Assembly: GCA_965200315.1 (NCBI GenBank)
Contig: OZ241362.1
Location: 1,376,001-1,440,000 of the forward strand
Direction of reading: 5' to 3'
From: Candidatus Latescibacterota bacterium
GTDB lineage: Bacteria; Latescibacterota; UBA2968; UBA8231
Length of the DNA stretch: 64,000 bases
Of this stretch, positions 61,194 through 64,000 are shown piece after piece. The translations under genes and the position numbers were made by a program. Within the stretch, counting starts at the first letter, position 1. Each line of letters begins with the position of its first letter. The notes under the pieces were generated by a model. That model searched no databases, had not been told where the DNA came from, and saw only the letters and a program-made list of their open reading frames with translations.

Positions 61194-63211
61194 CAGGGTG
61201 TATACTCCTTCATTTTATTGATCCGTTCTTGGAGTTTCCTCAATTCTTGGAGTTTCCTCAATTCTGCGGTGATTGTGGTTGATTTCGTAATGACGGCTTT
61301 CGTTAGCTTATCTATCACCTCCTGAATGCCCAGAGCACTGATATTGTCTTCCCGCGACGCAAAAGACTTAAAATCTGAGATTATACGGTTAAAGTACGCG
61401 TCTCTAGAATTTTTATCCTCATCTTCGTACTGCCAAAGCTTCCCTCTTCCTATTCCTATATACTTTCCTCTTTTATCTTTTTGTACTGTTTCTTGAACTG
61501 CGCTGCGAATCAGAGCAAGAACATTTTTCTTCAGATCTTCAACAACTTGTTGAGGTGTGAAGTCGAAGTTGACATCAAGAGACTCTTTTAAATATGAAAG
61601 TCGCCGTTGATATATGCCAGCTATACGACGCCAATTACCGTGCCTATTCATTACTGCAGGTGCTTTGCCTACGCGAACATGAACTTGATAATATGAAGTA
61701 TCCCCCGAAACCCCCTTTTTAATTCGCGGGCTTTTGGGAACCCGAGATATTCCATCAAATACATCTATGAAAATCTCGTTGATATGTTTGAGCGTATAGC
61801 CTTCCGCTTCTTTGATATTTTTGATATTTTTGATATGTTTGATTTCACCACCATCATCACCTCCTCCTGAAAACTCACTGAGCGCACTTTTCAGTACTTG
61901 ATCCAAAGCAGAACGCGTCGTTCGCCAGTCCTCTCGCAGTTGCAAGGTGTTGCGGTGAAACTGCTGTTTAAGCAAGACGTGTCGTTCGGCTGTCACTTTC
62001 TTCACCATCTCGGTAAGTTGCTCGTGGGATACCAGTTCAGAGTTCGATGAGGTGGGCACATCGTACACGTTTCCACTGATATCAAGTTGGTAGCTCTCTG
62101 GAGTTAGCTTGGCCGAGATATTTTCGTTAAATGAACCTCGCGCCTTGTACGCCGATCGCATGCGCTGCATTGCCATGTCCAGCGCGTCGAGCGGTTTCTC
62201 ATCTTCGGCTTCATTCAACTGCAACGCAGAAACAAGTACGACATCGCGAAATAGATCACTGTGCCGCTCCTTGCAGAAACGCTCTACCTCCCTACGTTGC
62301 GATGGCGGCAGTTGTTCAGCCTTGTTGATCAAGAGAAATACGGGCTGCCGAGACTCGTTAGCCGAATTTTGCGACAGTTGATATAACTGTTTCAACAGCG
62401 TATCCGATGGGTTGCCCTTATCAGCATCCATGAGCACGAACAGCACGTCTGAGCCCATGACAGCCTTTTCGGTCACCTTGGTATCACTCGTATTTGGGGG
62501 CGGGGCATTAAACCCGGGCATATCGACAAGTCGAATATGATGGAGAATCGGGGAATTTACCGAGATGCGAAAGGTATGCGGCTCGCCGTTGCCCTCTTTC
62601 TCATGGCTAGCCAACGCGCGATATTTCGATTTGTCTAGAGGGACCCACGTTCCGCCCGCCGATTTCTGCTCAATACGTTCCTGGTCGCCATGGACGAAGT
62701 GCGTTACGGATGCAGTCGTTGGCTCATCGCCCACCGGGCACATATCCATTCCCAGTAGCGCATTGATGAACGTCGATTTACCCGAATTGAAGTCCCCGAC
62801 CACCGATACGGTCAAAAGACCGAGACCCTCTTGATGCTCGCGTTGCTCGACGAGGTGGTCGATCAAGCCCCTCTCCAAGGCAGTCAACCTATGCGCTAGA
62901 CTGCCGGTCGACAGATCGAGTTCAGCATCGGCAGACTGGTCTCGAACGGACCGCAAGACGCGGAGACACTCGGCAGACTGGTCTCGAACGGACCGCAAGA
63001 CGCGGAGACACTCAATAGTAGCGTTGAGATCGGTCCCATCTGATGTCCCGTTCGAGGGGACAAATCCCTGCCCGTCGGCAGACTGGTCTGCATTGCTAGA
63101 AGGAATGACCATCGCGGTTGCTCTGAGCGGTACGGCGTTGGGGTTGGGGTAATCTGGCGATACGAGACTTTGCAGTACGCTGAACGCCGACGCGGCGGTC
63201 TCCTTGCACAT
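61193..63211 (-). CDS. Bacterial dynamin-like GTPase (start uncertain: 63211, 63112, or frameshifted from 63362)
   Basis: GDFNSGKSTFINAL, EPTT, DMPG, NKAE, VSA; TGATG overlap with the downstream dynamin. Confidence 0.88.
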   Translation of the reverse strand: MCKETAASAFSVLQSLVSPDYPNPNAVPLRATAMVIPSSNADQSADGQGFVPSNGTSDGTDLNATIECLRVLRSVRDQSAECLRVLRSVRDQSADAELDLSTGSLAHRLTALERGLIDHLVEQREHQEGLGLLTVSVVGDFNSGKSTFINALLGMDMCPVGDEPTTASVTHFVHGDQERIEQKSAGGTWVPLDKSKYRALASHEKEGNGEPHTFRISVNSPILHHIRLVDMPGFNAPPPNTSDTKVTEKAVMGSDVLFVLMDADKGNPSDTLLKQLYQLSQNSANESRQPVFLLINKAEQLPPSQRREVERFCKERHSDLFRDVVLVSALQLNEAEDEKPLDALDMAMQRMRSAYKARGSFNENISAKLTPESYQLDISGNVYDVPTSSNSELVSHEQLTEMVKKVTAERHVLLKQQFHRNTLQLREDWRTTRSALDQVLKSALSEFSGGGDDGGEIKHIKNIKNIKEAEGYTLKHINEIFIDVFDGISRVPKSPRIKKGVSGDTSYYQVHVRVGKAPAVMNRHGNWRRIAGIYQRRLSYLKESLDVNFDFTPQQVVEDLKKNVLALIRSAVQETVQKDKRGKYIGIGRGKLWQYEDEDKNSRDAYFNRIISDFKSFASREDNISALGIQEVIDKLTKAVITKSTTITAELRKLQELRKLQERINKMKEYTP
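62928..63011. repeat. Perfect 42-bp tandem duplication (ECLRVLRSVRDQSA x2)
   Basis: TCGGCAGACTGGTCTCGAACGGACCGCAAGACGCGGAGACAC twice. Confidence 0.95.
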
Positions 63212-63362
63212 AACGTTTTATGTCTGTTGCATCATTCATCTTTTGGATGTTAGCGATGGCGTTTTTTGCGGACGTTTTTCGAGAGGACATGGGGTTGGAT
63301 TCGGTATCTTCGGTAGCGTCGGGCCGTGTCCGCTTAAACAATTTAAACCATTTGAAGCTCAT
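63096..63362 (-). CDS. Small basic protein, or frameshifted N-terminus of the adjacent dynamin
   Basis: AGGAG RBS before ATG 63362; 88 aa; overlaps the dynamin frame. Confidence 0.55.
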   Translation of the reverse strand: MSFKWFKLFKRTRPDATEDTESNPMSSRKTSAKNAIANIQKMNDATDIKRYVQGDRRVGVQRTAKSRIARLPQPQRRTAQSNRDGHSF

Positions 63363-63518
63363 CTGTTAGCTCCTGTGTCTGCCCCAGCGTAGAATTTTTA
63401 GTTAAAATGCGAATCGCCCTTCCGCTACTCCGGTTGGTCGGTTGTCTCCCTGCTCACCTGCGGGTGGGTGAGCAGGGACCAACGCTCGCGCTCCCAAAAC
63501 GAATTTTAAGACCGCTTC

Positions 63519-63998
63519 TCAGGACTGCTCAGCCTTTCTGAGCCGAGCGATGTCGGCGTCGATGCGCGACACCTTGACAGTACGATCGGCGAGATCGGTT
63601 CGCCGCTCGGATTCAATCTGAGACAACGCACTCTGTACTTCTCCACGCTCGTGATCCAAGGGTTGAAATACTTCGGACTCAAAGTATGCCTCAATCGCCT
63701 GCACCGCTCGCGCCGAAAATTCCATACGGATATGGTCCATTGGCTCGGCGATGCGCTTATTTTTCCACCACTCCCCCACAAAGTCACTGGCGATGTTGCC
63801 TGGGTTGATATCATGCAAGGCGGTAAGCACACTTTTCCCGATTTTTTTCAACCCTTCGGTAGCTGCCATACGTGCTGAGGTTTTTCCCACTACTCTGGCG
63901 GCAGCGGCGCGCAATGCCGCACCGCCCGTCGCCTCTCCAGCAGTGGCAGCCAAACCGGCAGCGGGACTTATCACGGCAACCAGTGCTGCCGTAGCGAG
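63519..63998 (-). CDS. C-terminal part of a helical protein with a hydrophobic Ala/Gly segment, possibly a third dynamin-like protein (truncated by window edge)
   Basis: Frame open to the window end; LATAALVAVISPAAGLAA hydrophobic stretch then coiled coil. Confidence 0.6.
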   Translation of the reverse strand, partial: LATAALVAVISPAAGLAATAGEATGGAALRAAAARVVGKTSARMAATEGLKKIGKSVLTALHDINPGNIASDFVGEWWKNKRIAEPMDHIRMEFSARAVQAIEAYFESEVFQPLDHERGEVQSALSQIESERRTDLADRTVKVSRIDADIARLRKAEQS

Positions 63999-64000
63999 GG

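Overview
High-GC bacterial chromosome segment. The gene content (DUF4159, CRTAC1/ASPIC-UnbV and TPR clusters, peptidase-PD40-Omp85 fusion, FlgD-tailed secreted protein, many sugar-acid enzymes) suggests an FCB-group organism such as Latescibacterota/Gemmatimonadota, possibly host-associated; this is inference only. The housekeeping backbone comprises a zinc-ribbon gene, rnpB, pyrF, tRNA-Pro, dapF, yicC, an archaeal-type cmk, coaBC, a family-4 UDG, dnaB, obgE and thrB. It is interrupted by at least six visibly lower-GC defence-type inserts in different states of decay: an apparently intact type II R-M pair, an orphan m5C methylase beside a deleted duplicate of its neighbour gene, an N4C methylase with an internally deleted Bpu10I-family nuclease, an ATPase/PD-(D/E)XK plus HEXXH peptidase pair, a short-Argonaute fragment, and a multi-dynamin operon running off the right edge. 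Non-coding highlights are a TA-targeting MITE family carrying different REP-like cargo (one copy rewrote the signal peptide of a secreted protein), a small palindromic repeat inserted in frame in an mlrC-like gene, and a candidate pseudoknot/terminator switch upstream of the zinc-ribbon gene and rnpB. All family calls come from motif recognition by eye; no database searches were run.
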